Positions 38,504 to 47,695 of a stretch of 64,000 bases of DNA are shown in pieces (positions within the stretch are counted from its first letter, which is position 1; every line of letters begins with the position of its first letter). The translations under genes and the position numbers were made by a program. Below the pieces are notes generated by a model. That model saw nothing but the letters and a program-made list of their open reading frames with translations, had not been told where the DNA came from and searched no databases. The stretch is from Candidatus Poribacteria bacterium (GTDB taxonomy: Bacteria; Poribacteria; WGA-4E; WGA-3G), in contig PYJA01000004.1 of the NCBI GenBank assembly GCA_003635185.1, positions 12,044-76,043 of the forward strand, in the 5' to 3' direction.

Positions 38504-39188
38504 TTATTCATTTGTTGAGTCATTCACTTTTTGCAATTCTTCAAGGAGACGAACGATGTCTCGGTAGCATTTGTCAAATGAATCTGCTTGTCGTGCTTGT
38601 TCCATGTCAAAGCGTGCTGCGAGTGCGGGTTGGTCGCGCCTTGCACTATACGTCTTACCTCTTTGCATTCGGTGACGTAACCACTCTTTTGCACCACGGA
38701 TCTCCTCTGGGTTGTCCGGGGAATCAATGTCGTTTTTCAACTTTAGTGCTTGTGCCCTGCCTTGCGCACCATAACCGATTGTCCGGGGAATCAATGTCGT
38801 TTTTCAACCCTCTTTGACCACGAAGAGATTCGGCTGCTGCAAGGAACCATGCCTCAAGTTCACGTTTTGCGAGCACAACAGCGATTGGTAAATTGTCACG
38901 GACTTGTGATGCACGATATAATAGTGCCGGACCTAATTGTGCTGGGCAGTCATCATCACTGTCAAGGATAATAAAGATTGCTCCGTTTCCACCAATTCTC
39001 TGGACAGCTAATTCAACTTCATGTTCAAGTTGATCTGGTTGAACAACTTGAGTTCTTTTGACACGGATCGGTCTATGTATGTCAATTACCATTTCTGGAT
39101 AACGTTCCGCTGCAATACGTCGAATCAGGACTGGCACGGCTGCCACTTCGCCTTGTCCTTCAACAATACATCCAATTTTGAGGATCAT
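38504..39188 (-). pseudogene. DUF4276 (Toprim/OLD-like) gene disrupted by a 67-bp insertion
   Basis: N-terminal part: IVEGQGEVAAVP, ILDSDDDCP, RELEAWFLAAAE. The frame breaks after LKNDIDSPDN. The 30-bp repeat ttgtccggggaatcaatgtcgtttttcaac occurs at 38712-38741 and 38779-38808. Removing 67 bp restores ...LKNDIDSPDNPEEIRGAKEWLRH... in frame. Confidence 0.6.
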
Positions 39189-39226
39189 CTACGCTTTTCC
39201 TATGTTCCGTTTTACTTGAATCTTCC

Positions 39227-40426
39227 CTAAAAATTGAATAGACTGAGTTGTTTTGCTTTTTCGGTAGAAGAGACGAATTCCGGGGCAGGTTCCAATTGAT
39301 CTCTACGTAATAGATCGCCTACTGTAAACATCTTGTCATGGACCACCGATCTGCATACATCATCCACGGGTGCGATCACTGTATTACCATCATGTACTTC
39401 TGCAACGAGAATTGAGTCCACATTAAGGCTCTTTTCATCAAGCAAGTCTGGACTGTGAGTGGTGATGATTACTTGTGTGTTGTAGGCAGCGTTCTGAAAT
39501 TCATCAAGCAACGCCCCTACCATTGCAGGATGCATCACTATTTCTGGTTCTTCAATTCCTACAAGTGACACATGCTTGTGCGTATCGTGATTTCCCTGAA
39601 ATAGTGCTACCAGAATTCCCAACAATCGGAGTGTGCCATCAGACATATTGTTTACATGAAATCGCCAAGGGTGTTTGTCTCCTACAACATCCTGTCTGAA
39701 CACTAACATCTCCTTGTCACCAAACTTTTCTACTTCTACACCACGAACACCAGGTACGATTATTGAAAGGTACTCCTGAATATCCTGCTTCACATCGGGT
39801 GGCAATTGAACGAAGACACTTGCAAGGTTGCTTCCATCTCGAATGAGCATGTCACTATGATCAGGCACTTGGAGATCTCGGATTTTATCGGGATTGAGAT
39901 TGTAAAATCCCATCCGTGAAAATGCATCGTAGACTGGACGAAATTCAGGCAAGCCAGAAGCATTCACCAAATAGAGTCGATCAGACGCAGCAGCGGGTGC
40001 AACCTTTACATTTGTATGCGTCACAGTTCCTTTATCAATATGGTAGTATAGATCAGGATGCAGTTTGCACTGTTCTTTTTGAACCTCATAACCGCCTTGT
40101 GAACACGTTCCGATTCGGAAAGCGTAATGTCCCGATGAACCGTCAGGCAAAACGAATTCAAACCTAATACTGAAATGGGTTGGATGTCCGCGAGAACGGC
40201 ACCGGACATCGTTGATACCTCCACGAGCGCGTAAGGCATGGTCAAGCGATGAATTCAACGCATCTGCAACAAGTCGCAGCGCATCAAGAAAGTTACTCTT
40301 ACCTGAACCGTTGCGACCTACAAGGAACGTCAAAGGCTGCAACTGCACATCACATGCGGCGATGCTCTTATAGTTTTTGAGGATAACTCTTTTGATAAAT
40401 GTTGAATCTTTCATCTCAGTATTCAA
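39227..40426 (-). CDS. ABC/SMC-like AAA ATPase (AAA_15/AAA_21-type, OLD/AbiL/PARIS-AriA-like)
   Basis: Walker A GRNGSGKSN at the N-terminus, signature-like DGTLRLLGIL, Walker B LVGIEEPEIVMHP, TTHSPDLLD. Confidence 0.75.
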   Translation of the reverse strand: MNTEMKDSTFIKRVILKNYKSIAACDVQLQPLTFLVGRNGSGKSNFLDALRLVADALNSSLDHALRARGGINDVRCRSRGHPTHFSIRFEFVLPDGSSGHYAFRIGTCSQGGYEVQKEQCKLHPDLYYHIDKGTVTHTNVKVAPAAASDRLYLVNASGLPEFRPVYDAFSRMGFYNLNPDKIRDLQVPDHSDMLIRDGSNLASVFVQLPPDVKQDIQEYLSIIVPGVRGVEVEKFGDKEMLVFRQDVVGDKHPWRFHVNNMSDGTLRLLGILVALFQGNHDTHKHVSLVGIEEPEIVMHPAMVGALLDEFQNAAYNTQVIITTHSPDLLDEKSLNVDSILVAEVHDGNTVIAPVDDVCRSVVHDKMFTVGDLLRRDQLEPAPEFVSSTEKAKQLSLFNF

Positions 40427-40431
40427 TCTCG

Positions 40432-41283
40432 TTATGCTACAGGGAATCCACTACCGACAAGCGGTTCACCATCTTCCACCTCAATTGTTGGCACAAGGAC
40501 GTGCCCCGGAGATTGCGCGTTGTTATAGCAAACACCTTGCGCCATAAAGATCATAACAAACGCGCGACGTTGACGGTCAGTGACATTTGGCGGTGTGCCG
40601 TGCCAGTTTAGGCAGTGGTGGAACATACACTCGCCTGCTTTTAACTCCACTGGAATGCCATGACTGATGTCCAAACTCCGTCTTTCTGACCACGGGTTCG
40701 GGGGTGGTTCGCGACCTTCTTCTTGTGCCTTTGCTATTTCCGCATCAAATGCTGCTTTTGCTTTAACCGAGAACCGTTCATCTTTATGACTTTTCGGCAT
40801 AACGTGCATACAACCGCTATCCACCGTTGCATCGTCTAAAGCAAGCCAACAACTCACAATGTTCGGCGGACTGAGGGGCCAAAAGAAAAAATCGTGATGA
40901 AAACCGAAGTGACCGTTGTCTTGCGGTGGTTTGGAAATAACTTGATCATGCCAGAGTCTGACTTCTGGGGTATCCAATAATGCCCGCGCTGTTCCTGCAA
41001 TTAAGGGATTATGGATAGCTGCCTCATAACTGGCTTCGCGCTTCCACATGTTGACGAATTGGTGGATTGCACGGGGGTGACCTCTGCCTCTATTGAGCTG
41101 CTGCCCTTGACGATCATGTCCGTATTTGAATTCTGGGGATGAATCATCGCCTTCGTTGAGTTCCAATTCGATAATTGTGTCTAACCCGTCGCGCATGGTT
41201 TGGACACCATCGCTACCTAAAACCTTCCCGAATTTGAGGTATCCGTTTTCTTGAAAAAAGTCGACTTGTTCTTGTGTTACCAT
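40432..41283 (-). CDS. Phytanoyl-CoA dioxygenase (PhyH) family Fe(II)/2-oxoglutarate oxygenase
   Basis: MVTQEQVDFFQENGYLKF start after AAGGAGAG. HxD (FHHDF) and a distal H (NWHGTPPN). Confidence 0.7.
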   Translation of the reverse strand: MVTQEQVDFFQENGYLKFGKVLGSDGVQTMRDGLDTIIELELNEGDDSSPEFKYGHDRQGQQLNRGRGHPRAIHQFVNMWKREASYEAAIHNPLIAGTARALLDTPEVRLWHDQVISKPPQDNGHFGFHHDFFFWPLSPPNIVSCWLALDDATVDSGCMHVMPKSHKDERFSVKAKAAFDAEIAKAQEEGREPPPNPWSERRSLDISHGIPVELKAGECMFHHCLNWHGTPPNVTDRQRRAFVMIFMAQGVCYNNAQSPGHVLVPTIEVEDGEPLVGSGFPVA

Positions 41284-41624
41284 TGTGTTTCTCTCCTTAT
41301 TGCTGTACATTCCCGTTACATAAGTATATCACATTTTTTGATTTTGCGTAAGATGCAATATTCGCAATTTTTTATTGACATTTCAACGGATTTAGTGTAC
41401 CCTTTTCATGAAATTCCAACGGGAGTCGTCAATGACTTGAAAACGCGTCTTAAAATTGCTTATAACCCCTAACAGTGTATTGATCTATAGCGCGCTTGTT
41501 TAAAAATTCGCGTTTGATTCAGTGTTTATATGGGTTCAGAGGTAATTTTCAAAATTTTGGTTTTAGAAAATGGCTAAATTTGATCATTTTTGATTTTGGT
41601 AATTTTAGCCCATAATGTGACTGG

Positions 41625-41661
41625 GTTCGGAAAGACTTTCCCGTTTGAAGGGAATTGAAGC
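41625..41661. repeat. Possible orphan CRISPR-like repeat (single copy, speculative)
   Basis: The 37 nt gttcggaaagactttcccgtttgaagggaattgaagc contain an internal hairpin and an ATTGAAGC-type end like many CRISPR repeats. It lies 0.5 kb downstream (on the cas2 strand) of the cas2 relic. No second good copy was found. Confidence 0.2.
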
Positions 41662-41682
41662 GCTGAAATCGGAGGGATACAG

Positions 41683-42180
41683 ATGCGATCTAACATAATA
41701 TCATTGAGTGGCGTGCAGGGGGCAGGCAAGACTACAGTAGCATATCACCTAAGAAAGTTTATACCCGAATCTGTTATTTATGATGGTAAGCGTGAATTTA
41801 AAAGATATCTAAACAAACCAGATAAAAAAGGTCCTGTTATCATATCAGAATATGCATCTTCCATACTTTTTCCGCATGCAAACCTAAATGAGGCAAGTAA
41901 AAACAGGTTTTTGAAATGCGGTCTCATTGACAGGCGATACTTTCAAAAAGGCAAACACTTTTTTCTGGACTTACAGTCTGAGATAACTCAGCATGAAAGA
42001 CTGTTAAAACGACACTACGGAAAAGATAAAGAATACATACAGATAATAGGGAAGGAATACGTTTACAGATCCCAATATCTAAGGATGCTGTTAAACAAAG
42101 GGTATTTTACAAAGGTCATAAGTGTTGACGAAAAGTCAATCGATAAAATTACGCAAGAAATAATGGAGGTAATAGCATAA
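41683..42180 (+). CDS. Small P-loop NTPase / kinase-like hypothetical protein
   Basis: Walker A LSGVQGAGKTT near the N-terminus. GGAGGG RBS. AT-rich ORF. Confidence 0.5.
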   Translation: MRSNIISLSGVQGAGKTTVAYHLRKFIPESVIYDGKREFKRYLNKPDKKGPVIISEYASSILFPHANLNEASKNRFLKCGLIDRRYFQKGKHFFLDLQSEITQHERLLKRHYGKDKEYIQIIGKEYVYRSQYLRMLLNKGYFTKVISVDEKSIDKITQEIMEVIA

Positions 42181-42186
42181 AACACA

Positions 42187-42330
42187 CACCGAATCAGGAT
42201 CTGAAGAATCAATCACACCAATAACAGCCTGCTTGAGTTCTTCAAACTGTGTCTTGTTCAGATGTGCTTCAAATACACTGTATTGGACGCGAATGCCATA
42301 TCCTTTATGGTGACATTTAGAATTAAAGGG
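42187..42330 (-). pseudogene. cas2: Relic of a CRISPR-associated Cas2 gene (central about 48 codons only)
   Basis: The minus-strand translation ..HKGYGIRVQYSVFEAHLNKTQFEELKQAVIGVIDSSDPDSV matches the Cas2 core (G.RVQYSVFEC.L......L......I....DS(V/I)R.Y). There is no start codon. The N-terminal beta1/alpha1 region and the C-terminus are missing. Confidence 0.6.
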
Positions 42331-42461
42331 ACAGTGTCTGCGTTAGTTTCGGTTTTCTGACCGAACTGCTCATAATGTTCAATTAATTCTAAAGTTTACT
42401 ATAAATTTCAGTGGTGATATTAGGTAGGTGAATTAAGGTGCTATTCACACAACCCTATTAT

Positions 42462-43220
42462 CTAAATCGGGAACTGATGGTTACCAGCAGTCAATCCACC
42501 ATCAATGACAAAAACCGCACCTGTTGCAAAACTCGCCTCATCAGATGCAAGGAACAGCGCGGCGTTTGCGATGTCCACGGGTTTTCCGATGCGTCCCAGC
42601 GGATACCATGGCGTGATTTCATCTAATATATTTGGGTTGCGTTCAAGCATCGGTTCCCAGACCTCAGTCTGCACGGTGCCGGGGCAAATACAGTTGATAC
42701 GAATGTTATCTTTACCGTGTGCGACTGCCATAGACCGAGTCAACGCAATTACACCACCCTTTGCAGCAGAATAGGCGTGAATTCCCTGCAACCCAATAAG
42801 ACCGTTGACAGATGCGATGTTGACAATGCTCCCGCCACCACCTTTTTGCATAATCGGTATCACAGCGTTACTACAGTGACTTGGGCCTTGCAGTGCAACT
42901 GATAAGTTTGCTTCCCAGTTGTTGTTTAGGACATCTTTTGTAGAACAGATAGCGTTATTTACCAGGACATCAACTGTTCCGTAGGTGTCCACAGTCCCGT
43001 TTATAAGTTTTTCTGCATCTGCAGTATCAGAGACATCGGCATTGACAAAAAGTGCTTCGCCGCCTGCATCGGTGATAGTGGAAACAGTGGCTGTGCCGAT
43101 GGTATCGTTTACATCATCAACGACAACTTTAGCACCTTCTTCAGCAAACCGAATGGCGATTGCTCTGCCGATACCGCGCCCTGCGCCTGTGACAATGGCT
43201 ATTTTATCTTTTAACCGCAT
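42462..43220 (-). CDS. Short-chain dehydrogenase/reductase (FabG-like)
   Basis: Start at MRLKDKIAIVTGAGRGIGRAIA, NNAI, catalytic YSAAK. Confidence 0.85.
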   Translation of the reverse strand: MRLKDKIAIVTGAGRGIGRAIAIRFAEEGAKVVVDDVNDTIGTATVSTITDAGGEALFVNADVSDTADAEKLINGTVDTYGTVDVLVNNAICSTKDVLNNNWEANLSVALQGPSHCSNAVIPIMQKGGGGSIVNIASVNGLIGLQGIHAYSAAKGGVIALTRSMAVAHGKDNIRINCICPGTVQTEVWEPMLERNPNILDEITPWYPLGRIGKPVDIANAALFLASDEASFATGAVFVIDGGLTAGNHQFPI

Positions 43221-43304
43221 GATGTGTTTTTCGTATTCTTTTTTGTATTTGTATGGTATAATAAATTGCAGATTGAAGCGAGGACTTATGCAATTAAAAT
43301 AGAT

Positions 43305-43661
43305 ATGACCCAACCAATTTTTAACTACGACGAAGCAAGCGATACACTTTACATCTCTTATGCCCCCGGTGAACAAGCAACAGGTATTGAGTTAACACCC
43401 CACATATTGCTCCGGCTCAACAAACAAGAGCGCCGCGCTATTGGGATGACTTTTTTGGAGTATTCTTTGCTTGCTCAAAAAACTGACATGGGACCTCGGA
43501 GTTTTCCACTCACAGGTTTATCCGAATTGTCTGACGATCTGCGAGACATTGTTATAGATGTTCTCCAACGTCCCCCTGTCAGTGATGTGCTTTTGCTCTC
43601 ATCTTACACACCATCAATTTCTGAAACGATTCCGATCATGCTATTGCAAACTGCTTACTAA
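43305..43661 (+). CDS. DUF2283-like small protein
   Basis: NYDEASDTLYISYAPGEQATGIELTPHILLRL is typical of DUF2283 N-termini. Confidence 0.45.
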   Translation: MTQPIFNYDEASDTLYISYAPGEQATGIELTPHILLRLNKQERRAIGMTFLEYSLLAQKTDMGPRSFPLTGLSELSDDLRDIVIDVLQRPPVSDVLLLSSYTPSISETIPIMLLQTAY

Positions 43662-43698
43662 CTATAGTGAACTTGAGAATTAACGAGACATTTTGAAA

Positions 43699-43801
43699 TG
43701 TAGGAGGGAACTCCGATTCCCGACTATCAGTGAGTTCCGTCGCGATTCGGAGATCGCTCCTACAGAAAATGTGTATCTTTATTTTTAAAGTGCACTATAA
43801 A
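43699..43801 (+). repeat. Dispersed repeat family D, copy 2
   Basis: tgtaggagggaactccgattcccgactatcagtgagttccgtcgcgattcggagatcgctcctaca...gtgcactataaa. Confidence 0.65.
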
Positions 43802-43900
43802 TGAAAATTAAGACAATCTCAGGAATCAGAGAATAGAGAAGGACAGCAGCGGGTGGTTGCTGTTTAGTTCAAGGTATGCTTCAATCATGGCACTGACACC

Positions 43901-44917
43901 TTATAATCGCTCCTCCAAAAACGCAATCCCAGGCTCCAAATCAATCTCGTGCTCCCCTTGAAAATGATCCAACACTAACCGATCGCGTTTTCCACATGCG
44001 GTGTATATCTTTTCAAGATGTTCAAACGCTGCTAAAGCATCAGACTCAATAAAGCATCGGTCATCAGAACCGATTTGTGCCATACACGAACGCGGTGCGA
44101 TCAGCCCTGCTACGTCTGCAATATCACCCGCTGCGCGTAGCCCAAACATAAATTGGGAGCCACATGTGTTCCCACGCCCACGGTCCCCTAATGCATCTAT
44201 CAAGGTGCTAAGATAACAGACAATGACAGCCGCCTTAATTCGTCTATCAAAAGCAGAAATATAGGTCGTCATCGTACCGCCAAACGAACATCCCATACAA
44301 CCTAACCGACCACCATCCACTTCAGGACGAGACAGCAGATAGTCCAAGCACCGTTGCCCATCCGAAATGTTGAGTTGGAGCAGCTGATAACCGAAATATC
44401 CGAGTGCGAAATAGGCAGCGTTACACCCATCTCTGCCTGGGCGGCGCACCCATTCATCCCTGTCTTTACGTTCACCGAAGCATCGCCAATCTGGTGCAAG
44501 CGTAACAAACCCGCGTTGTGCAAGTTCCACAGCATACTGTTTCTGATAGTCCTCTACTATACCAACTGCCCCATCTTTTCCGACCCCATGCCCATGCGCG
44601 CAGAGTACCGCTGGTGCAGGATTGTCAGCACTTGCACTATCCGGTATCAAAATGTATGCTGGAATTGACGAAAAAGCATCGGGATTGAAAATAATCTTTT
44701 CACGTGTATATCCATCTTGTTGTATCTGCTCTAAAGTTTCTACTTCTAACGGCACTGGTTCAGGTTTTGGACCTAAGTAACGAGACATGTTACGTCTGAA
44801 TTTCCTACGCCACTCTTGCCACTCCTCTTTGGTTGTGCCATCAAAGTAAAGCGGTGGTGTTGTTTTCAGAAGATGCTCAACGCTCTGTTCTGCTGTCAAA
44901 AATCTCTCTGTTGCCAT
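43901..44917 (-). CDS. Alpha/beta hydrolase (acetyl-xylan-esterase / dienelactone-hydrolase-like)
   Basis: Nucleophile elbow GCSFGG, a preceding HGHG oxyanion region, and a C-terminal GEHE histidine. Confidence 0.6.
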   Translation of the reverse strand: MATERFLTAEQSVEHLLKTTPPLYFDGTTKEEWQEWRRKFRRNMSRYLGPKPEPVPLEVETLEQIQQDGYTREKIIFNPDAFSSIPAYILIPDSASADNPAPAVLCAHGHGVGKDGAVGIVEDYQKQYAVELAQRGFVTLAPDWRCFGERKDRDEWVRRPGRDGCNAAYFALGYFGYQLLQLNISDGQRCLDYLLSRPEVDGGRLGCMGCSFGGTMTTYISAFDRRIKAAVIVCYLSTLIDALGDRGRGNTCGSQFMFGLRAAGDIADVAGLIAPRSCMAQIGSDDRCFIESDALAAFEHLEKIYTACGKRDRLVLDHFQGEHEIDLEPGIAFLEERL

Positions 44918-44979
44918 AAGATGTGTCTCCTATTGTGCTGCGTTTTCATAACGTGCGGGTATTTTAACACGAAAAGGTA

Positions 44980-45008
44980 TTGATGGCAAAGGCAATTTAT
45001 GTTATAAT
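44980..45008 (+). promoter_or_regulatory. Sigma-70-like promoter for the TA pair (TTGATG-17 nt-TATAAT)
   Basis: ttgatg at 44980-44985, a 17-nt spacer, tataat at 45003-45008, 45 nt upstream of the ATG at 45053. Confidence 0.45.
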
Positions 45009-45052
45009 TACGCATAGTCAGTTATGATAAGATAACGAGAGGAGAAAGCACA

Positions 45053-45253
45053 ATGTCACGTCTCGAAAAAATTCAACAAGAGATTCTCGCACTACCTGAG
45101 GCAGAATACAAACAATTGCGACAGTGGTTCAGTGAATTGGATTGGGAAAAATGGGACCAGGAGATTGAAGCAGATTCAAAAGCCGGAAAATTGGATTTTT
45201 TGATTGCAGAAGCTCTTGAAGAAAAAGAAAAAGGAACACTCAAGGACCTTTAG
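45053..45253 (+). CDS. Small antitoxin-like protein
   Basis: 66 aa, acidic. GAGAGGAG RBS. Its stop abuts the toxin start. Confidence 0.5.
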   Translation: MSRLEKIQQEILALPEAEYKQLRQWFSELDWEKWDQEIEADSKAGKLDFLIAEALEEKEKGTLKDL

Positions 45254-45508
45254 GTGCACACAACTACCTCCCGATTCTGGAGATTTTTTCAGCAACTTCC
45301 CGAACCAGTGCAAAGGACTGCAAGACAGAATTTCGAACTTCTCAAAGTTAACCCACGACACCCATCTCTACATTTCAAGAAAGTTGGCAACTATTGGTCT
45401 GCTCGCGTAGGGCAAGATTATAGAGCACTTGCCATTAAAAACGGAAATGATTTCACTTGGGTTTGGATTGGCAAGCATGATGAATATGAGAGGTTAATTA
45501 ATTCCTGA
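45254..45508 (+). CDS. RelE/ParE-superfamily toxin
   Basis: 84 aa; NPRHPSLHFKKV....WSARVGQDYRALA......TWVWIGKHDEYERLI pattern; GTG start. Confidence 0.6.
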   Translation: MHTTTSRFWRFFQQLPEPVQRTARQNFELLKVNPRHPSLHFKKVGNYWSARVGQDYRALAIKNGNDFTWVWIGKHDEYERLINS

Positions 45509-45577
45509 TTCTACCCTCATGCAAAGAGAAAAAATTAAGAAATAAAACAAATTTCCCTCGCATTTGATAAAGATTCC

Positions 45578-47470
45578 CTACCAAGGCTGCTTATACGATG
45601 GCACATTAACAAAACGTTCCATTCCTACCGCTAACGCAATATGCGTATTCGGCGGCAGGTGAACTTGCAGATACGTACCGTTGACAGAAACGGCGTTCTC
45701 ACCGTTACCCTCTTTGGCGCGTACAGTTGTAAAATTGTGTTCACCCATCGCTCCCGCTTGGACAATCACATCACGTGCTTCAGTGGCATTTAGATTAACC
45801 AATTCCAGTTCAGTCGTGTCGGCAGTCAGTTTAGATACCAACACAGCAACATCCGCTGGCAGCCCAGGACGTTTCTCTTGTGGATCAAAGTGCCGTACCC
45901 GTGTCACAAGCAATCCGCCATTATAGTGTGGCAACGGACCACCACATGTGAGTTCAACTAATCCTTCACAAGTAACGGGGTTACGTCTCTGGAAATACGC
46001 GTCTCCGTATCCTGCTGGATCTTCTTCATCATTTTCCATGAAGTTGAGTCGTTGTTGAACTTGCGATAGGTTATGATTGAGGATGGATTCTGGATATTCA
46101 GGAAAATCCCCTCGCATATATGCCAACCATCCACCATCGCGTCCGCCTTGGTCTTTGGTGTGATGCCATGCGTTGATGTCAAATTTCGATCCTGTCTTTT
46201 TAGCAATCTGCACCGCACGACGTTGGTCAGCATCATCCATTGACATTGCCCAAAGGTGTGCCACATCAGATGGATGCATCGGCGCGAATTCAAACCAACC
46301 ATCAATCTGTAATGTAGTGTCATCCTCGTTTTTTATTGGATACTGCATCCACGGACCTGGCGTATAGTTTGCAATTCCAGGATCACCATACTTCTGCGGC
46401 ACATAGAGTTGGTCGTTGTGTTCTATACCGTGCTGTATGAGAACATCAATCTGGGAACGCGGGAAGTCCATATAGGATAAATCTCTGTGAAGGAGTGCAG
46501 CGTTCTGTCCTGCAACACTCACTGCTTGACCAACGCTATGCCAGCCGTGGGGCCAACTCCAACCATAGCGAGAACCATACCACTTACCATCTATATGTTC
46601 ACCGATTACGCCCGAAAGCCCAACGTTATCAGGGACGATTCCACCATTTTCTTCTGTGCGGCTAATCCACGCATCAACATATTCCTGAACCCATGCTTCA
46701 TACTTTTCCTCACCTGTGAACATATAAGCATTGGTAGCAAGAGTCGTTGCTGCGAGATTGCCGACTGCGTCCCCTTTTCCTTGACGTTCATAGACAACCC
46801 GTCCCATCAGATCACGCAATTCATCGCTTTCCAGCATCACATCACGACTTGTGCAGCCCGGCACATCAATAAACGGCAAATTGTAACCCATTGAGGGATA
46901 AAAAGATTCTCTTTCCAGTATCCAAAATGCGGGTCCCTTACTACCGTTCATTACACACTTGATGATTTTGTGTTCGGGGTCGTAATTCTGCGCATCAGGG
47001 TCTTCGTTCATAAAGAATCCTGCGAATCGGACAGCACGTTCAATATTTTTTGTATGTGACGGATCCGCCATGCACAGCATGTAAAACAGATAGTTCCCTT
47101 CGCTTTGGTGAAACCAGTCATATCCCGGTTGATATTCCTTATAGACCATTGGATAGTCGTGCCCAGAGCCGTAGCGCGTCATGTCTATCGTGATAGCTTC
47201 AAATTCGGTTTGCGCATCTACCAAGAACTGCGCATCTCCACCAAGCATGTAGAAAAGGGGCCAGTTATGGAAACTCTCATAGGCATCGTCTAATCCATCA
47301 AAACTTTGAAATTCTGGATGATTCGGCCAGAACAACGTTCCATCTGGACGCGTATATTTCTTCAAAACTTTCGGTGCCGCGTCATTGATTTTGTCAATTA
47401 GTTCACGTTCAAGCACTGCCCACTCTGGCGGTGTTTGGATAGAAGTTTGTGCTTCAATTGTTGGAAACAT
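45578..47470 (-). CDS. Large conserved-looking hypothetical protein (630 aa)
   Basis: The ATG at 47470 follows GGAGGAA. Rich in W/Y/H/D, which could suggest a carbohydrate-active or lyase-like fold, but I recognise no motif. Confidence 0.5.
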   Translation of the reverse strand: MFPTIEAQTSIQTPPEWAVLERELIDKINDAAPKVLKKYTRPDGTLFWPNHPEFQSFDGLDDAYESFHNWPLFYMLGGDAQFLVDAQTEFEAITIDMTRYGSGHDYPMVYKEYQPGYDWFHQSEGNYLFYMLCMADPSHTKNIERAVRFAGFFMNEDPDAQNYDPEHKIIKCVMNGSKGPAFWILERESFYPSMGYNLPFIDVPGCTSRDVMLESDELRDLMGRVVYERQGKGDAVGNLAATTLATNAYMFTGEEKYEAWVQEYVDAWISRTEENGGIVPDNVGLSGVIGEHIDGKWYGSRYGWSWPHGWHSVGQAVSVAGQNAALLHRDLSYMDFPRSQIDVLIQHGIEHNDQLYVPQKYGDPGIANYTPGPWMQYPIKNEDDTTLQIDGWFEFAPMHPSDVAHLWAMSMDDADQRRAVQIAKKTGSKFDINAWHHTKDQGGRDGGWLAYMRGDFPEYPESILNHNLSQVQQRLNFMENDEEDPAGYGDAYFQRRNPVTCEGLVELTCGGPLPHYNGGLLVTRVRHFDPQEKRPGLPADVAVLVSKLTADTTELELVNLNATEARDVIVQAGAMGEHNFTTVRAKEGNGENAVSVNGTYLQVHLPPNTHIALAVGMERFVNVPSYKQPW

Positions 47471-47565
47471 AGTTGATTTCCTCCGTGTTGAATGTTCAGA
47501 ATTCGGTTTGTTGCAGTATAGCACATTTTTGCATTTTTGTGTCCGTTTTGTTTTATAGAAACAAT

Positions 47566-47594
47566 TTGCGATGTGGTGTGTGTTGTGCTATACT
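47566..47594 (+). promoter_or_regulatory. Putative promoter with extended -10 (TTGCGA-17-TGCTATACT) upstream of PIN module 1
   Basis: tgtgctatact at 47584-47594. Its inverted twin agtatagcaca at 47515-47525 faces the divergent gene that starts at 47470. Confidence 0.4.
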
Positions 47595-47695
47595 TATGTA
47601 TGAACTAAGAAATAGAAGACAAAGGACTATAAACTACCTCCTAAATATGATTTTGACGGAGTTTGGATATACGTGTGCAAGCCGATTCAAGACCT

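Noticed and set aside
38524-38817. Small ORFs 38524-38727 (minus strand) and 38512-38817 (plus strand) near the DUF4276 break
   Set aside because: They are alternative-frame or antisense readings of the disrupted DUF4276 3' half. The frame that continues the DUF4276 sequence (38504-38794) is preferred.
41532-41568. A second degenerate CRISPR-like repeat (gggttcagaggtaattttcaaaattttgg...) 91 bp upstream of the candidate orphan repeat
   Set aside because: Only about half the positions match, and the spacing would imply an atypically long spacer. This is too weak to call an array.
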